DNA of 64,000 nt from Narcine bancroftii (Eukaryota), in assembly GCF_036971445.1 (NCBI RefSeq), contig NC_091471.1, forward strand, positions 164,238,001 through 164,302,000, given 5' to 3'. The notes below the pieces were generated by a model. The model saw only the letters and a list, made by a program, of their open reading frames with translations, had not been told where the DNA came from and did no database searches. Shown here piece by piece: positions 63,248 through 64,000 of this stretch. Position numbers and translations under genes: made by a program. Each line of letters starts with the position of its first letter. Position 1 is the stretch's first letter.

Positions 63248-64000
63248 GATGCTGGAAAACTGGAGAAACACACAAAGTGCTGGAGGTCAGACAGCATCCA
63301 TTGAAGGCAACAGTCAGTTGACATTTTGGGGCAAACCCTAAGATTATCAAGAAACCTGCAGATGCCCAAATAAAAGGGTGTGGGTTGGAGGAGAAAGAGA
63401 AGCAAAACGTTGGCAAGTATTCAGTAAACCCAGGTGGGAGGGGGAAGAAATTGAAAGTCAAGTAAAATGCCAGGAGATAAAAGGAGAAAGGCTAAAGGAG
63501 TGAATAGAGGAAGGAAGGAGGAGGTGAATGGCAGGTAGAGAGGGTGGGGAGGAATGGAGAAGGAGGAATGGGACCAGAGAGATAGGGGAAAGTAAGCTGG
63601 GGAGGGGGTGCGTGGGGAAGCGTGGAGAGTGCGGGGAGAGGGCGGCTGGAAAAACAAGAGGGGGAGGTTAGCCGAGATTGGAGATCAATTGATGTTGATT
63701 GCTTGGAGACCTCCACGGCAGAATACAAAGTGATTTTCCTCCGATTTGTGTGTGGCCTCAATCTGCCAGAACAATAGGCCATGGATTGAAACGTCCACAC
63801 GGAGTTGCGAAGTGGAATTGAAGTGGTTGAACACTGGGAGATCCTGGATGTTGTGGCAAAAGGAATGAAGATGCTGAAGGTTCCCCCAACCTGAGCCTGA
63901 TCTTCCCAATGTAGAGGGCATCATACCGGGGTGCCTCCTTACAGATTTGCAGGTAAAGCATTACATCACTTAAGGGGCATCAGATCATCGTCTCACACAC
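63243..64000 (-). mobile_element. Penelope-like element (GIY-YIG endonuclease end plus pyrimidine-rich 3' region and terminal repeat)
   Basis: YDALYIGKIRLRLGE; DLPVFNHFNSTS..VSIHGLL; EENHFVFCRGGLQ..ININ; terminal tgcagatgctggaaaactggag...gtgctggagg. Confidence 0.82.

Noticed and set aside
1-64000. Prokaryotic operons, defence systems or CRISPR arrays
   Set aside because: Sequence is vertebrate-type repeat-rich DNA with no long ORFs or operon structure; the longest ORF (269 aa) is CR1 ORF2.

Overview
Repeat-dominated eukaryotic (vertebrate) genomic DNA, not prokaryotic. The repeat set (V-SINE/HE1-like and Deu-domain SacSINE1-like SINEs, abundant CR1, Rex1/Babar, L1, L2, RTE and Penelope-like elements) points to a cartilaginous fish, probably a ray (inference). 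The window looks like a large intron or intergenic stretch. Nearly all listed ORFs are retroelement debris or chance ORFs, and no intact host gene is recognisable. Main contents: a decayed Gypsy element with one LTR; two L1 ORF2 remnants; three long Rex1 copies; many CR1 copies, one of them young; four near-identical young RTE insertions, one 5'-inverted; hAT and Tigger-like MITEs with target-site duplications (TSDs); a solo LTR; Penelope remnants with decayed hammerhead-like cores; and a minisatellite with higher-order structure. Two splice-site-bounded exon candidates (187-261 on +, 62816-62845 on -) are the only hints of host genes. I find no convincing novel biological system. The most interesting signals are mechanistic footprints: a twin-priming-like RTE inversion, a 79-bp locally templated insertion, a composite MITE, and nested insertions. 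All family assignments are from motif recognition by eye, without database searches.
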